From Pseudomonas phage NH-4, in sequence record JN254800.1: DNA of 64,000 bases; one strand, given 5' to 3'. The position numbers and the translations under genes were made by a program. The notes beneath the pieces were generated by a model. That model was given only the letters and a program-made list of their open reading frames with translations, made no database searches and was not told the DNA's origin. Of this stretch, positions 26,741-37,204 are shown one piece after another (the stretch's first letter is position 1; each line of letters begins with the position of its first letter).

Positions 26741-28039
26741 ATGGCAAGTTTTGATTTTTCTGATTTAACAGCGGGGGGGGTTGTAATGGCTAACTACAAC
26801 TACATCGTCGATACTGGTGTGATAGTCGCAGATACCGCCGACGTTCTGAGCGACGTTGAGGCCGAGTTCCGCGCCGCCCTCGGTGCCAATATCAACTTGG
26901 CCGCGAGCACTCCGCAGGGATCGCTTGTCGCGGCCGAGGCCATTGCCCGTTCCAGCGTCATGCGGAATGAAGCGCGAATTGCCAATACCATAAACCCGAA
27001 CGTTTCATTCGGAACGTTCCTGGACGCGATCTGTGCCTTGATGGGGATCGAGCGTGGTTCTGACCTGTCAACCTTCGGCTATGGAGTTCAAGTCACCGGC
27101 CGCAGCCAAACCCGCATTTCCACAGGGTCTAGGGTCCAGACTCCGGCCGGCGCGATCTTCACAGTGCTGAGCGATGTCACGATCCCTGCTGGTGGTGTCG
27201 CGACCATCGATATCAAATCGCAGGAGTATGGCAACATTCCTCTGCCGGTCGGGAATCTCATCATCATCGACGGAACAATTGGCTGGTCCGGAGCGAAAGT
27301 CATCGCCTCCACTCGCGTCGATCCGGGCAGCCGCCAAATGAGCGATGCAGAGTTGAAGAATGCCCGCGTTAATCGATTGGCCATCCAAGGCCGCAACTCG
27401 ACTATGGCCATCAAGGCGTATGTGAGCGCCGTTCCAAACGTCACGTCGGTGAACGTAATCGAGAACAACACCGGCGCCGTTCAAGTGGTGAATGGAGTCT
27501 CGTTTACCCTTCCGTATGCTGTTTGGGTCTGCGTCGCCGGAAACCCGGATAAACAAGCAGTCGCCGATGCGTTGTGGGCCGCCCATAACGGCGGAACTCC
27601 ATGGGACTATGGTGCGACGAACAACGGCGTCCCGGTGGACGGTCCGAATGGCGTTCCTGTGCGCGATCCGGCGTCCGGTCGAAAGTATGTCGTGAAGTGG
27701 ACCACTCCAATCATGTACGATGGATATGTTAACGTAACAGTCCAGCAAGGTTCCTCCTCTGTAGCTCCGGAAGCCATTCAGAACGCAGTGGTCAATTACA
27801 CCCAGGGGAAAGTGGAAGGGGAAGAGGGGCTGGTGGTGGGCGCGAGCCTGTCGGCATTCGAAGTCGCCGGAGCCATCGCTCGCGAAATTCCCGGCATCTA
27901 CATCAAACTCTGCCAGGTAGCGTGCGTCGCGGCTGGCTCGCCGGCTCCGGCTCCGGGCGATTTCACTTCGGAATACGTCATGAGCGCATTCGGCCAGGCT
28001 ACCATTTCCGTTGGTAACGTTCGGGTGACTTTCGTATGA
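26741..28039 (+). CDS. baseplate J-like protein (gpJ/gp6 family)
   Basis: RBS AAGGAG 7 nt before ATG 26741. 432 aa, positioned after the spike gene. Confidence 0.5.
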   Translation: MASFDFSDLTAGGVVMANYNYIVDTGVIVADTADVLSDVEAEFRAALGANINLAASTPQGSLVAAEAIARSSVMRNEARIANTINPNVSFGTFLDAICALMGIERGSDLSTFGYGVQVTGRSQTRISTGSRVQTPAGAIFTVLSDVTIPAGGVATIDIKSQEYGNIPLPVGNLIIIDGTIGWSGAKVIASTRVDPGSRQMSDAELKNARVNRLAIQGRNSTMAIKAYVSAVPNVTSVNVIENNTGAVQVVNGVSFTLPYAVWVCVAGNPDKQAVADALWAAHNGGTPWDYGATNNGVPVDGPNGVPVRDPASGRKYVVKWTTPIMYDGYVNVTVQQGSSSVAPEAIQNAVVNYTQGKVEGEEGLVVGASLSAFEVAGAIAREIPGIYIKLCQVACVAAGSPAPAPGDFTSEYVMSAFGQATISVGNVRVTFV

Positions 28040-29550
28040 CTCTGCCTGCGTACAATTCGGACATCCAACAAGCTCTGAAATGGCTCCATAACCAGGCGCC
28101 TGGAATCACCGGCCTGATCCAGAGAAAGGCGCAATGGTATGACAGATTCAGCCGCCAATTCTGGGCCAACTGGGAGCGCGACGTTTTCAACTTGAAGACC
28201 GCCAACCCGTTCGGCCTTATGGTTTGGTGCATCATCCTCGGCACGCCTTCGAAAGGGTTCGGCCTTTATCCAAAGAACAGTTCTTGGGCATTCGGTCGGC
28301 TACGCCAGAACTTCATCTATAGCGGTACACAAGTCCCGCCACCGGCAGACGCATCGCCTGGCGGCAACTTCTACGGTGGCGGCAATGCCGAAATTCTCAA
28401 CTTGGACGAAATCAGGAAAGTGCTTCAGCTAAGATATGTAGCGCTGATTTCGAACGGCTCGATTGCATATATCAATCGCATGCTTCGTTACATATTCAAT
28501 GATGATGAGCCATGGGACGAGGCGACCGGTCTGTACTTCTATCTCATGGACTCAACCGGCGAGAATGGCCCTGTGGAGAACTTGGCAGTATATCGGAAAG
28601 ATTGGGAAGGTATGGTGTTGTTGTCCAGTTCGCCCAGAACGAACCACGTGCTGACATCGACCCCTGCCAGCGACGCCGATTGGCCAGGAGTCGATCCGGC
28701 CGCGAGCGGTCTTCCGGTAACGGTCGAAACGGCGTCCGCTACGGCCCCGGACGGCTCCGCTACGGTGTGCAAGCTTACTAAGCCGGCCGGGAGTACCGCT
28801 TACGTCTCCGCGCCGATAGATGGGCCGCTGGGGTCCGGTAGCACTGTAACGTTCTCGTTCTTCGCGAAAGCCGGCTCCACCCGTTTCATTGCAATTCAGT
28901 CGGCTGCCGATTTCCCCAGTCGAGCCGATGCCGTTTTCGACCTGGATTCCGGGAACGTGATCAGCGATCAGATGTTGGACAGCAGCGTGGTAAGCGCCCG
29001 AATGATTCGTCTGGAGAATGGCTGGTGGCGTTGCGTTCTCACGACCAAGACCGTCAGCTCTTCGTTCCGCGCGGCTTACATCGCTCCGGCAGAAACCAAC
29101 TTCAGCTGGATTGATTCGAATTCCAGCGCGGCGATTGATGTGCTTATCTGGGGCGCTCAGATCGAACTTGGTGATACTCCAACCGGATACTTGGAGACTA
29201 CCGGAACGCCCGTAACCATCACCGATTACGTTCTGCAGAGCGCCCAGACCGGAACGGTCAAGTTCACACAGCCTCTTCCGACCGGAGTAGAAGCGTATTG
29301 GACTGGAGACTGGAAAGGTGGGTCTGCGACCGAGCCGGCCAGATTCGCAGTAGGGGATGGGACTCAAGATACATTCAATCTGTCCAGCCCTGCATACATC
29401 GGCCTACCCACTAGTGGGGCGTTCAAGCTAGAATACAGAGTTGGTCCGGCGCTTAATTTGTCGCCGCAATTGATCAACCTCATAAATGACCGGGCGGTCG
29501 GTATCATGCCGACTTGCGCCGGTTGCGATGTAAAAGTCATTCAGGAGTAA
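28036..29550 (+). CDS. DUF2612-like baseplate/tail fibre-associated protein
   Basis: N-terminus ...QWYDRFSRQFWANWERDVFNLKTANPFGLMVWCIILG resembles DUF2612 (recollection). Confidence 0.5.
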   Translation: MTLPAYNSDIQQALKWLHNQAPGITGLIQRKAQWYDRFSRQFWANWERDVFNLKTANPFGLMVWCIILGTPSKGFGLYPKNSSWAFGRLRQNFIYSGTQVPPPADASPGGNFYGGGNAEILNLDEIRKVLQLRYVALISNGSIAYINRMLRYIFNDDEPWDEATGLYFYLMDSTGENGPVENLAVYRKDWEGMVLLSSSPRTNHVLTSTPASDADWPGVDPAASGLPVTVETASATAPDGSATVCKLTKPAGSTAYVSAPIDGPLGSGSTVTFSFFAKAGSTRFIAIQSAADFPSRADAVFDLDSGNVISDQMLDSSVVSARMIRLENGWWRCVLTTKTVSSSFRAAYIAPAETNFSWIDSNSSAAIDVLIWGAQIELGDTPTGYLETTGTPVTITDYVLQSAQTGTVKFTQPLPTGVEAYWTGDWKGGSATEPARFAVGDGTQDTFNLSSPAYIGLPTSGAFKLEYRVGPALNLSPQLINLINDRAVGIMPTCAGCDVKVIQE

Positions 29551-29554
29551 TGAC

Positions 29555-32443
29555 GTGATCACACCCGAACTGATACCCAGTCCGTTTGCTGCGCAGGGCG
29601 ACAAAGACCCGATCCCGCAGACCTCTTCCACTGGCTTTGCCAACCTTCGCGACGGCTACACGCCGGACTACGAAATCAGCCTGGCGTCGAACAACCCGCA
29701 GGCCAAAGCGGTCGAGCGAAAGATTCAAAACCAACTCTTCTTCATCGCGACCCAGAATGCGCAAGCCTGGCAGCGTCAAATGGCGCCGCCGTGGTTTCAG
29801 GGTATGCCCGGTGGGTATGAACGGAACGCCGAAGTCGTGCGCGTCGGCAATGACGGAATCATGCGGCGCTATCGCTCCATGGTGAACGCCAACGCCAGCG
29901 ATCCTCTCAGCAGTACCACCTGGGAAGAGCAACCCGCCTGGTCAGTTATGCGCACCAACATACCGATGCCGGCTGGCGGCCCCGGTCTGTCTTCGGGCGG
30001 CGAAGTCATCACCACCGGCCGCAACTTCAATGAATTGCTGAACGGAACCTGGGAATTTTTCTCTGATGCAATCGTCGTGGCCTCTCAGAACGCTCCGGTG
30101 TATCCGGCGTCTGCCGGCGCGGCAGCAGGAATGCTGGAGGCGAAATCTTGGGTGTCCGGGTCAAATACGTTCTGCGTCCAACGCTACACTGATCGCGTCG
30201 GAAACGTCGCCGTGCGCGGGCTCAATGCCGGGGCCTGGACCAACTGGATGTACGCTGTAAACGTCATGGCCCTCCAACACGGCCGTGTAACCTATGGAAC
30301 CGCGGCCGGTCCGGCGAATGCCTACACCTTGACTCTCGTTCCGCAGATCCAAGGTGGTTTGGTAGATGGCATGATCCTTCGGGTCAAGTTCAACACCATG
30401 AACACCGGCGCTACTACCATCAACGTCTCCGGACTCGGCGCCAAAGCCATCGTCGGCGCGGCCAACTTCCCTCTCACTGGCGGCGAACTTGGCCAAGGAC
30501 TCATCGCTGAGCTTGTCTTCGACGCAGCAGGCGACCGCTGGAGGATTCTGGCAGGCGCGCCGCGCATCCAAGTCGGCAACGCCGATCAGGACTACCAGGC
30601 GCCGAGTTGGAAGCAAGTTAAAGACTATGTCGCGTCCCAAAAGCTCACCGAAGTGGATTGGACGGATGTCGTCAACAAGCCGAACGTCGCTATCCAAGAT
30701 ACAACGCCGTGGTTCGCCAATCTGGAGCTGTCCGATGCTCGGCCTTTCATCGATTTCCACTTCAACAGCAATCGCGCCAAAGATTTTGACTATCGGCTGA
30801 TATCTGAAGCAGACGGATCGCTGGCTTTCTATTCGCGGCAGGGGTCTGCTGGGCCTACCCAGGACATCCTGTTCAACCGAAATTCCGTGACTTTCTTCCA
30901 GCCGCGACTCGATGTGGCGAAAAACCTCGCGTATATCGCGAACTCTGGCCCCCTTTGGCAGAACACCACCGCCGATCAGCCCGGTTGGAAATTCACCTTT
31001 GCACAAGGCGTGGACGCGAACAACAACGCGGTAATCGCAGTCAATACCACCAATCCGGACGGTTCCTATCGTTCACAGGTCATGCGATGGGACTGGGCGT
31101 CCACGAACGTCATATTCAACAACCGTCCGCTCTTCGCCGGTCAATACACCCCTTGGGATTCTGGGAACTTCGATCCTTCCACCAAGTTGACGGTGAGTGC
31201 CACGAACCAAATCGCCGGCCCAACCGGGATTCGGAATACCAACGGCAACACCGGCAACATGAACACCTGGGGTTCCGGCTCCACGACGGCATCCTATGGC
31301 AATGCTGCCATTCAAATCTTCGGAAAAGGGGGCGGTGAGCCTGCCGCGATCTATTTCGACAACTCCCAGACCGGATGGTATCTGGGCATGGACAAGGATG
31401 GACAGCTCAAGCGGGCCGGCTGGTCGCTCGGCAATAACTCCTATGTGATCACCGACGAATCCAACATCCGAACCCATATCAACACAATGGCTGCGCGCCC
31501 GATTTGGGGGAATGTCGAGTTCTGGGGTCCGTGGAACTTCAATCCTAACACGAAGTTGACGCTTGGCTCATTCAATGACAGCCAGCATACCAGGATGGTC
31601 AACAGCGCCGCGAAGGATGTAGGAATTGCGTCCATGACGAGCTATGCGGACGCGGCTATGTCGTTCTTCAACTATGAGGCTTCGACGCCGACCGGGAATC
31701 GTGCTGCTGTAATTTCGTTTGTTCGTAACGGGGCACGAGGCGTTCTGTTCGGCCTGGACACGGACAACAAGCTGAAATGGGGCGGCTATTCTCTAGGTGC
31801 CGTCGCGTTCGAGATTGCCGACTCCAACAACCTCATGAGCCTGTGGTCATCCCACGCTGCCGCGCCGAACTGGAACGGGCAGACCATCTGGAGGTCGGGA
31901 AACTTCAACCCAGACACCAAGGCGACTTTGGCAGCTCGCAATACGACGTCATCCCCTACAATATTCAGTTATGGGGCGTCCGGAATCGCATCAACCGGAC
32001 AGGTCGGTGCGTTGGTTGTGGAAAACAACAGCGTCACCAATACCGCAGCCGCCATCACGTTCCATTCGCCGCAGAAATATCAGGTCAACTTCGGCCTGGA
32101 TGCGGACAACGTGGTAAAGATCGGTGGCGGCACAATGGGCGGCGTAGCATATCCCATCATCCACTCCGGCAACTACAACAACTACATCAACCAGGCGCTG
32201 GTTCAGGTAGGTCTTGGCGGCGTCGGTTCCTACGCGATCCTTGCCGTATTGGACACCTCCGCGCCGGCAGCGTCCATTGCCCCCGGAACGATCATGGACA
32301 GTTCCAAGCTGTTCTATTCGTCCTGCGATTCGACCTATCGCAGCAGCGCCCGTCCGACGGGCACCTGGCGCTGCATGGGGTATGTGTATAACCGAGACTC
32401 CACCAACGGCGACTCGGCATCCCTATTCCAGCGGGTAACGTAA
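29555..32443 (+). CDS. tail fibre protein with three tandem repeats of about 125 aa
   Basis: GTG start after AGGAG. 962 aa. Repeats are marked by NF(N/D)P(S/N/D)TK(L/A)T(L/V) and F(G/L)(L/M)D.D(G/N)(Q/K/V).K. Confidence 0.7.
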   Translation: MITPELIPSPFAAQGDKDPIPQTSSTGFANLRDGYTPDYEISLASNNPQAKAVERKIQNQLFFIATQNAQAWQRQMAPPWFQGMPGGYERNAEVVRVGNDGIMRRYRSMVNANASDPLSSTTWEEQPAWSVMRTNIPMPAGGPGLSSGGEVITTGRNFNELLNGTWEFFSDAIVVASQNAPVYPASAGAAAGMLEAKSWVSGSNTFCVQRYTDRVGNVAVRGLNAGAWTNWMYAVNVMALQHGRVTYGTAAGPANAYTLTLVPQIQGGLVDGMILRVKFNTMNTGATTINVSGLGAKAIVGAANFPLTGGELGQGLIAELVFDAAGDRWRILAGAPRIQVGNADQDYQAPSWKQVKDYVASQKLTEVDWTDVVNKPNVAIQDTTPWFANLELSDARPFIDFHFNSNRAKDFDYRLISEADGSLAFYSRQGSAGPTQDILFNRNSVTFFQPRLDVAKNLAYIANSGPLWQNTTADQPGWKFTFAQGVDANNNAVIAVNTTNPDGSYRSQVMRWDWASTNVIFNNRPLFAGQYTPWDSGNFDPSTKLTVSATNQIAGPTGIRNTNGNTGNMNTWGSGSTTASYGNAAIQIFGKGGGEPAAIYFDNSQTGWYLGMDKDGQLKRAGWSLGNNSYVITDESNIRTHINTMAARPIWGNVEFWGPWNFNPNTKLTLGSFNDSQHTRMVNSAAKDVGIASMTSYADAAMSFFNYEASTPTGNRAAVISFVRNGARGVLFGLDTDNKLKWGGYSLGAVAFEIADSNNLMSLWSSHAAAPNWNGQTIWRSGNFNPDTKATLAARNTTSSPTIFSYGASGIASTGQVGALVVENNSVTNTAAAITFHSPQKYQVNFGLDADNVVKIGGGTMGGVAYPIIHSGNYNNYINQALVQVGLGGVGSYAILAVLDTSAPAASIAPGTIMDSSKLFYSSCDSTYRSSARPTGTWRCMGYVYNRDSTNGDSASLFQRVT

Positions 32444-32444
32444 C

Positions 32445-32873
32445 ATGAAATGGACGCGGATCAGAAACCCACGTTGGCTGGACGCGGTAAACATCCACGC
32501 CATGGTTACTTTCGAGGGGATTGGAGAAGTTCCTTTCACCGCCAATCCGCACGACGTGGAGGCCCACGGAAGGGTCATTCACGCTGCGATCCTGTCCGGG
32601 GCGCACGGACCTATCGCCCCAGTAGACTCGACGCGGGAGCAGGCCTTGCAGGACGCTATACGAGACAGGGAAAAGCGGGCTATCCTTCGTGATACCCGCT
32701 GGGCCATAGATCGTCACGACGAGCAGAGGCGGCTGGGTATCGAAACCACGGACGGACCTGAGTTGATAGCAGCCCTTGTTCACTGGAGGCAGCAGATTCG
32801 CGATTGGAATAGCGGGGATCGGCCGCGACTTCCCATGGCTTTGAAAACAATGTTCAAAAATCAGGAGTACTGA
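32445..32873 (+). CDS. tail fibre assembly protein (Tfa-like chaperone)
   Basis: 142 aa immediately after the fibre gene. C-terminal LIAALVHWRQQIRDWNSGD resembles Tfa family motifs. Confidence 0.55.
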   Translation: MKWTRIRNPRWLDAVNIHAMVTFEGIGEVPFTANPHDVEAHGRVIHAAILSGAHGPIAPVDSTREQALQDAIRDREKRAILRDTRWAIDRHDEQRRLGIETTDGPELIAALVHWRQQIRDWNSGDRPRLPMALKTMFKNQEY

Positions 32874-33535
32874 TGAAAATAACGAAGGATATTTTGATCA
32901 CAGGAACCGGATGCACCACGGATCGGGCGATCAAGTGGCTGGATGACGTCCAGGCGGCCATGGATAAATTCCACATCGAGTCGCCGCGAGCCATTGCGGC
33001 CTACCTCGCCAACATCGGCGTCGAGTCCGGTGGCCTGGTAAGTCTGGTGGAGAATCTCAACTACAGCGCTCAAGGATTGGCCAACACCTGGCCTCGCCGG
33101 TACGCAGTAGACCCGCGAGTCCGCCCGTATGTCCCGAACGCTCTGGCGAACCGCCTGGCCCGTAACCCGGTCGCCATCGCCAACAACGTGTACGCGGATC
33201 GCATGGGTAATGGATGCGAGCAGGATGGCGATGGTTGGAAGTATCGCGGGCGCGGCTTGATCCAGCTGACCGGGAAGTCGAACTATTCCCTGTTCGCCGA
33301 AGACTCCGGCATGGACGTTCTGGAGAAACCGGAGCTTCTGGAAACTCCGGCCGGCGCGTCGATGTCTTCTGCCTGGTTCTTCTGGCGCAATCGCTGTATC
33401 CCCATGGCGGAGTCCAACAACTTCTCCCTGGTCGTGAAAACCATCAACGGCGCCGCGCCTAACGATGCGAACCACGGCCAGCTCCGGATCAACCGCTATA
33501 TGAAGACCATCGCCGCGATCAATCAAGGCTCCTGA
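32873..33535 (+). CDS. endolysin, glycoside hydrolase family 19 (chitinase-like) muramidase
   Basis: AAYLANIGVESGGL (catalytic Glu) and SSAWFFWRNRC match the GH19 signatures. Confidence 0.85.
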   Translation: MKITKDILITGTGCTTDRAIKWLDDVQAAMDKFHIESPRAIAAYLANIGVESGGLVSLVENLNYSAQGLANTWPRRYAVDPRVRPYVPNALANRLARNPVAIANNVYADRMGNGCEQDGDGWKYRGRGLIQLTGKSNYSLFAEDSGMDVLEKPELLETPAGASMSSAWFFWRNRCIPMAESNNFSLVVKTINGAAPNDANHGQLRINRYMKTIAAINQGS

Positions 33536-33549
33536 TATTCCACCCAAAG

Positions 33550-33578
33550 AAAAGGCCGCTTATTCAGCGGCCTTTTTG
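33550..33578. terminator. bidirectional rho-independent terminator
   Basis: ggccgct/agcggcc stem with loop tattc, then TTTTTG. Overlaps the 3' end of the - strand RHH gene. Confidence 0.65.
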
Positions 33579-33811
33579 CTTTCCGGCTTTGCCTCTTCAA
33601 CCATCTTGGCCTCAACCGGCGCGGCGGACTCCTCCTGAGTGATCGAGTCCACATAGTTCCCTAGTGAACTCAGAACGCCGATTAACAGCGCTCTTACCAC
33701 CTTGTCCTTGACTGTCTCGCCTATGATCTTGGTCAGAACGGATATTAACTCTTCCCGGAGTCTGGGGCTGATTCTTGGCCGAAAGCGCTTGCGATGCTCT
33801 TTGCGTTTCAT
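33560..33811 (-). CDS. ribbon-helix-helix (Arc/CopG-like) DNA-binding protein
   Basis: N-terminal basic strand KRFRPRISPRLREEL followed by two helices. Monocistronic, with its own promoter region and terminator. Confidence 0.5.
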   Translation of the reverse strand: MKRKEHRKRFRPRISPRLREELISVLTKIIGETVKDKVVRALLIGVLSSLGNYVDSITQEESAAPVEAKMVEEAKPESKKAAE

Positions 33812-34030
33812 GTTTAGTCCTCTGTCTGCGGTCTTCTCCTCACCCCGATAATTGCTTGGGGATGCTTTGTGTTAATCGGAAGGGTCGGGCGCTATTATAA
33901 CCCGTCGAAAATGCTAGCGCTTAACTGTTTAACGATACGCACCGCGATATTAAATCGCCTTCTTTCTGGCCGAGGAACTCTGGCGGCCGGGTCCGGTCTA
34001 AGGCCTAATTTGTCGACATTAAAACGAGAA

Positions 34031-34067
34031 AACCCGGATCGCCTGTAGGGTAAGGCGTCCGGGTTTA
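34031..34067 (-). terminator. rho-independent terminator downstream of ligase gene
   Basis: aacccgga...tccgggtt hairpin followed on the - strand by TTCTCGTTTT. Confidence 0.55.
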
Positions 34068-34090
34068 TTTCGATCTAGTGTCCGCTAGAA

Positions 34091-35002
34091 TCAGTGGCTT
34101 CCGCCCCATCCGTCCAGCCAGCAATCGAAGACGGCGTGTCTCGGCTTGTCCTTGGCGCCATGGGAGAAGTGCTTGAACCGGATGACCTGGCCCTTGAGAT
34201 ACTCCCTGTCATTCCAGCGGCGCTGTTTCTCGTCGTGGGTCAGGCTGGAGGCCGACACGTTGAAGGTGACTCCAGGCCACAGACGTTCGTTGCGGCAGAC
34301 GAACGCGCCGACCATTCCGGACGGCGACAGGTTTTCCGCATGACTGGAGCGGGCCGTGTTACCAAGTTCATTGATGAACGCTTCATTGTTGTTGTGCATC
34401 AACTCTTCCACGTCGATGATCTCAGCTTCATCGTAGTCGTAGCGCTTGACTTTCACACAGTGCCCTTCCTTGGCAGTCGAGCGACCGAACTTGTACAGTC
34501 CATCAGCGCGCTTGCCCATGGAACCTTCGAATCCCAGCATTGTGTGGCGGCGCTCGACTTCGCTGAACTGTTCGATGGAAGTCACCAGTTCCTGCTCGAC
34601 CAGGTGAATCCTCTCATAGCCGAGGCAGTGACGAAGGAAGTTCACGCGCTCGGCCGCCCTGGCTAGGCGATCTTCGGTCGGTGCGCGAGGATCGGTGAAA
34701 TCATCGAACACATGGAAAGACCAGTCCGGCTCACCGCTGTGGCGGCGAAGATCGCCGGACGACTTCTGGAAAACTTTCGGGTCGCTGATGTCGCCGCAGA
34801 CCAGCTCGCCGTCCAGGCCGTTGAACAGTTTATCGCTGAGGTATTCGTAGATCGATTGATTGTTCTGCCGCTTGAGTTGACGAGTCAGCGCCTCGCCTTC
34901 GAATACGAAGCAGCGAAATCCATCGATCTTCGGCGAGAAATACATCGGCAGTTGGCCTTCCAGCAGCTTCGGGTCAAAATTCGATGCGAGCATGGGTTTC
35001 AT
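34091..35002 (-). CDS. ATP-dependent DNA ligase
   Basis: Motif I SPKIDGFR (KxDG), motif III LDGELV, motif IV EGSMGK, motif V VKVK. Confidence 0.85.
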   Translation of the reverse strand: MKPMLASNFDPKLLEGQLPMYFSPKIDGFRCFVFEGEALTRQLKRQNNQSIYEYLSDKLFNGLDGELVCGDISDPKVFQKSSGDLRRHSGEPDWSFHVFDDFTDPRAPTEDRLARAAERVNFLRHCLGYERIHLVEQELVTSIEQFSEVERRHTMLGFEGSMGKRADGLYKFGRSTAKEGHCVKVKRYDYDEAEIIDVEELMHNNNEAFINELGNTARSSHAENLSPSGMVGAFVCRNERLWPGVTFNVSASSLTHDEKQRRWNDREYLKGQVIRFKHFSHGAKDKPRHAVFDCWLDGWGGSH

Positions 35003-35009
35003 ACAGTTC

Positions 35010-35040
35010 TCCAGAAAAGAAGCCCGGCGAACCGGGCTAA
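35010..35040 (-). terminator. rho-independent terminator after MazG-like gene
   Basis: agcccgg-cgaa-ccgggct hairpin followed on the - strand by TTCTTTTCTGG. Confidence 0.55.
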
Positions 35041-35056
35041 ATGGCGGTAAGCCGGC

Positions 35057-35611
35057 TCAGATGGTTTCGTTGGCGTGGTTCAGTTCGGCCATGATCGACG
35101 CATAGCGCTCGTCCGACTCCTTGATGAACACGCCGTCGTACATGACGCCTTTGCGATCCTTGATGGTGTCGTAGGCCGCAGCGTAGCAGGCGAGCATGGT
35201 AGTGTCGTGCTCTTCCGTCACATCGAACAGAGTCATGACGGCCAAGACCAGGCTCTTGATGGCTAATCCATGATTTCCGCGTGCCAGCGCGCCGGCCAGA
35301 TGTCCGAGGTGCTGCAAATCGTCGCCGTAGGTGGGATGAACTTCGACAGTCTCGCTGAAGACCGATAGATGATCGAACAGATTTTCACCGAGTTGCGCGG
35401 CCATGATCGTGGCAACCACCATTACGTCGCCGATGCCGTCTTTCACCTCGACTGGTTTGTTATAAACCCAGGCTTCGCAAACTTCTGCGAACTCTTCGAC
35501 CAACTTCAGGAATTGATCCTTGGCCGAAGAGCCTTTGATCAGGTTCCGGTCGGAACCCCATTTAACAACCAGGTCGTGAAGTTCGCGACTCATGATTTGT
35601 TCGATATTCAT
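35057..35611 (-). CDS. MazG-like nucleotide pyrophosphohydrolase
   Basis: RELHDLVVKWGSDRNL...QFLKLVEEFAEVCEAW...DGIGDVMVVATIMAAQLG matches the MazG-like helical bundle with EExxE-type motifs. Confidence 0.6.
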   Translation of the reverse strand: MNIEQIMSRELHDLVVKWGSDRNLIKGSSAKDQFLKLVEEFAEVCEAWVYNKPVEVKDGIGDVMVVATIMAAQLGENLFDHLSVFSETVEVHPTYGDDLQHLGHLAGALARGNHGLAIKSLVLAVMTLFDVTEEHDTTMLACYAAAYDTIKDRKGVMYDGVFIKESDERYASIMAELNHANETI

Positions 35612-36213
35612 TCTTTCGATTCCTTTTGGATTTGGGATTTGACTGCGTTGATTATGGACGCCGTGCTCTGGCGCGATCCATCCTTGGTGGTGCCGAAGTA
35701 GAAGGCCATTACCGACTTCAGCTCGGCGAACCAATAGCCGATGATGGTGCCGATGGCGACCGAGGATGTCGGGTCCATCAGAGCCTCGCGGCCGAAGGTG
35801 AAGATTGCGATGATGATGAGAATGGAGCCTGTCAGAAGAGCGAATGTAATCGCCGGGCGAACGAAATCGTTCTGCTGCGCGGCAAGCCTCCTCGCCGAAT
35901 CCCTGTCTGCCGCCTCTGCGGCGAACTGGCTAAGCTCGGCCTGGAGCTGATTCTGCTCAGACTGAAGGCGATTTTGTTCGGCTTGAATCGCAAGCTCCTG
36001 GAGACGAACGCGCTCGGCGCTCTGGAGTTCGGCGAGACGCGCTAGAGCTTCCGGATTCGCGTCTAGAGCGCTAGCGACCGAGGCTGGGTCGGCCTTCGAC
36101 CCCAGCGCCGTCGCGACGATAGCGCCAACGGCGGCGCCTGCAGGCCCACCCAGGAGCGACCCCAGAGCCGGGGCAGCCGCGCCGATCTTACTACCTATGT
36201 CTTTCCAGTCCAT
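35608..36213 (-). CDS. membrane protein: Gly-rich N-terminus, coiled coil, C-terminal TM pair (possible holin-like, GTA-holin-3TM-like)
   Basis: MDWKDIGSKIGAAAPALGSLLGGPAGAAVGAIVATALG, then LTGSILIIIAIFTF and VAIGTIIGYWFAEL. Family resemblance is from recollection. Confidence 0.35.
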   Translation of the reverse strand: MDWKDIGSKIGAAAPALGSLLGGPAGAAVGAIVATALGSKADPASVASALDANPEALARLAELQSAERVRLQELAIQAEQNRLQSEQNQLQAELSQFAAEAADRDSARRLAAQQNDFVRPAITFALLTGSILIIIAIFTFGREALMDPTSSVAIGTIIGYWFAELKSVMAFYFGTTKDGSRQSTASIINAVKSQIQKESKE

Positions 36214-36266
36214 TTCGACTCCTCAAAAGAAAGGCGCCATTACAGCGCCTTTCTCCGGCCGGTGAT

Positions 36267-37169
36267 TTAGAACTCTTCGGCTTCGGTCGCATCGCCGACG
36301 CCACCGGCGTCACTGCGAGGCTGTTCCTGCTTGCTGTAGTCCACCTTCACCTCGCCGCCGACGAACGACTTGTACAGGTCGGCCGCAGCCTTGAAGTGAT
36401 CCGGGTTCTTCACCAGGCCTTCCAGCTCGAACTGGACGCCGGACCAGCTGCCCTTGTCGTTCGACATGCCTACGGTGGTCATACGGACCAGGTTGGCGAA
36501 AGTCGGCGGGGTGCGCAGGCCCTGCGGGGTCTGAACCTTTTTCTGGGACAGCGCGGTCATGAGCTTCTTCGAGGCCTTGATCTGCGAAGACGACAGGGAG
36601 ATCAGAGCCTGGCCGAAATCGCCGGTGTCCGGATCGATGACGATGACGTAATGACCACGGGTGTCGGCGAAGTAGTCAGACTTCTTGTCGCTGACCGAAC
36701 CGTCTTCGTTCGGCGCGTACAGGCGTCCTTCGACTTCCTTCACCTTGGTCGGGTCTTTCATCATTTCCTTGAAGTCTTCGACGCTGATGGCGCCCTTGAA
36801 ACCGCCCTCGGCCTCGCGACCGGCCCAGCGGATGAACTCGCGGCGGTACGCGGCCGGAATGATCAGCAGGCCGGTCTTGCCGTCGTAAACCTTGCCGGTG
36901 ACGGTGTTCAGGAACATGCCGGCCTTCGCGCCTTCGATGTACTTCGGGTCATCTTCATCGACCTGGGGAGACATCTTCTGCAAAACCTGGATGAAGGGGA
37001 TGGCATAGGACTCGGCATCGGCGCCTTCGAAGCCTGCGCCGTCATACGATCCCAAATCCATGAAGTCGGGAACTTCGGTAGTCGCGACGGCGCCGCCGCC
37101 ACCGGTGGCAACTGCTACGGCCTTGGTTTCTTCGGTTGCTTCGGAAGTTTCGGTTTTCTTACCAGCCAT
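36267..37169 (-). CDS. putative ssDNA-binding protein (T7 gp2.5-like), acidic C-terminal tail ending in Phe
   Basis: 300 aa ending ...DAGGVGDATEAEEF. Sits in a replication gene cluster. Assignment is tentative. Confidence 0.35.
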   Translation of the reverse strand: MAGKKTETSEATEETKAVAVATGGGGAVATTEVPDFMDLGSYDGAGFEGADAESYAIPFIQVLQKMSPQVDEDDPKYIEGAKAGMFLNTVTGKVYDGKTGLLIIPAAYRREFIRWAGREAEGGFKGAISVEDFKEMMKDPTKVKEVEGRLYAPNEDGSVSDKKSDYFADTRGHYVIVIDPDTGDFGQALISLSSSQIKASKKLMTALSQKKVQTPQGLRTPPTFANLVRMTTVGMSNDKGSWSGVQFELEGLVKNPDHFKAAADLYKSFVGGEVKVDYSKQEQPRSDAGGVGDATEAEEF

Positions 37170-37204
37170 GTTAGGCTCCTTGTTTGTCGAATTTCAGTTA
37201 TCGC

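Noticed and set aside
29555-32443. Possible diversity-generating retroelement target in the tail fibre
   Set aside because: No reverse transcriptase gene and no template/variable repeat pair were seen in the window.
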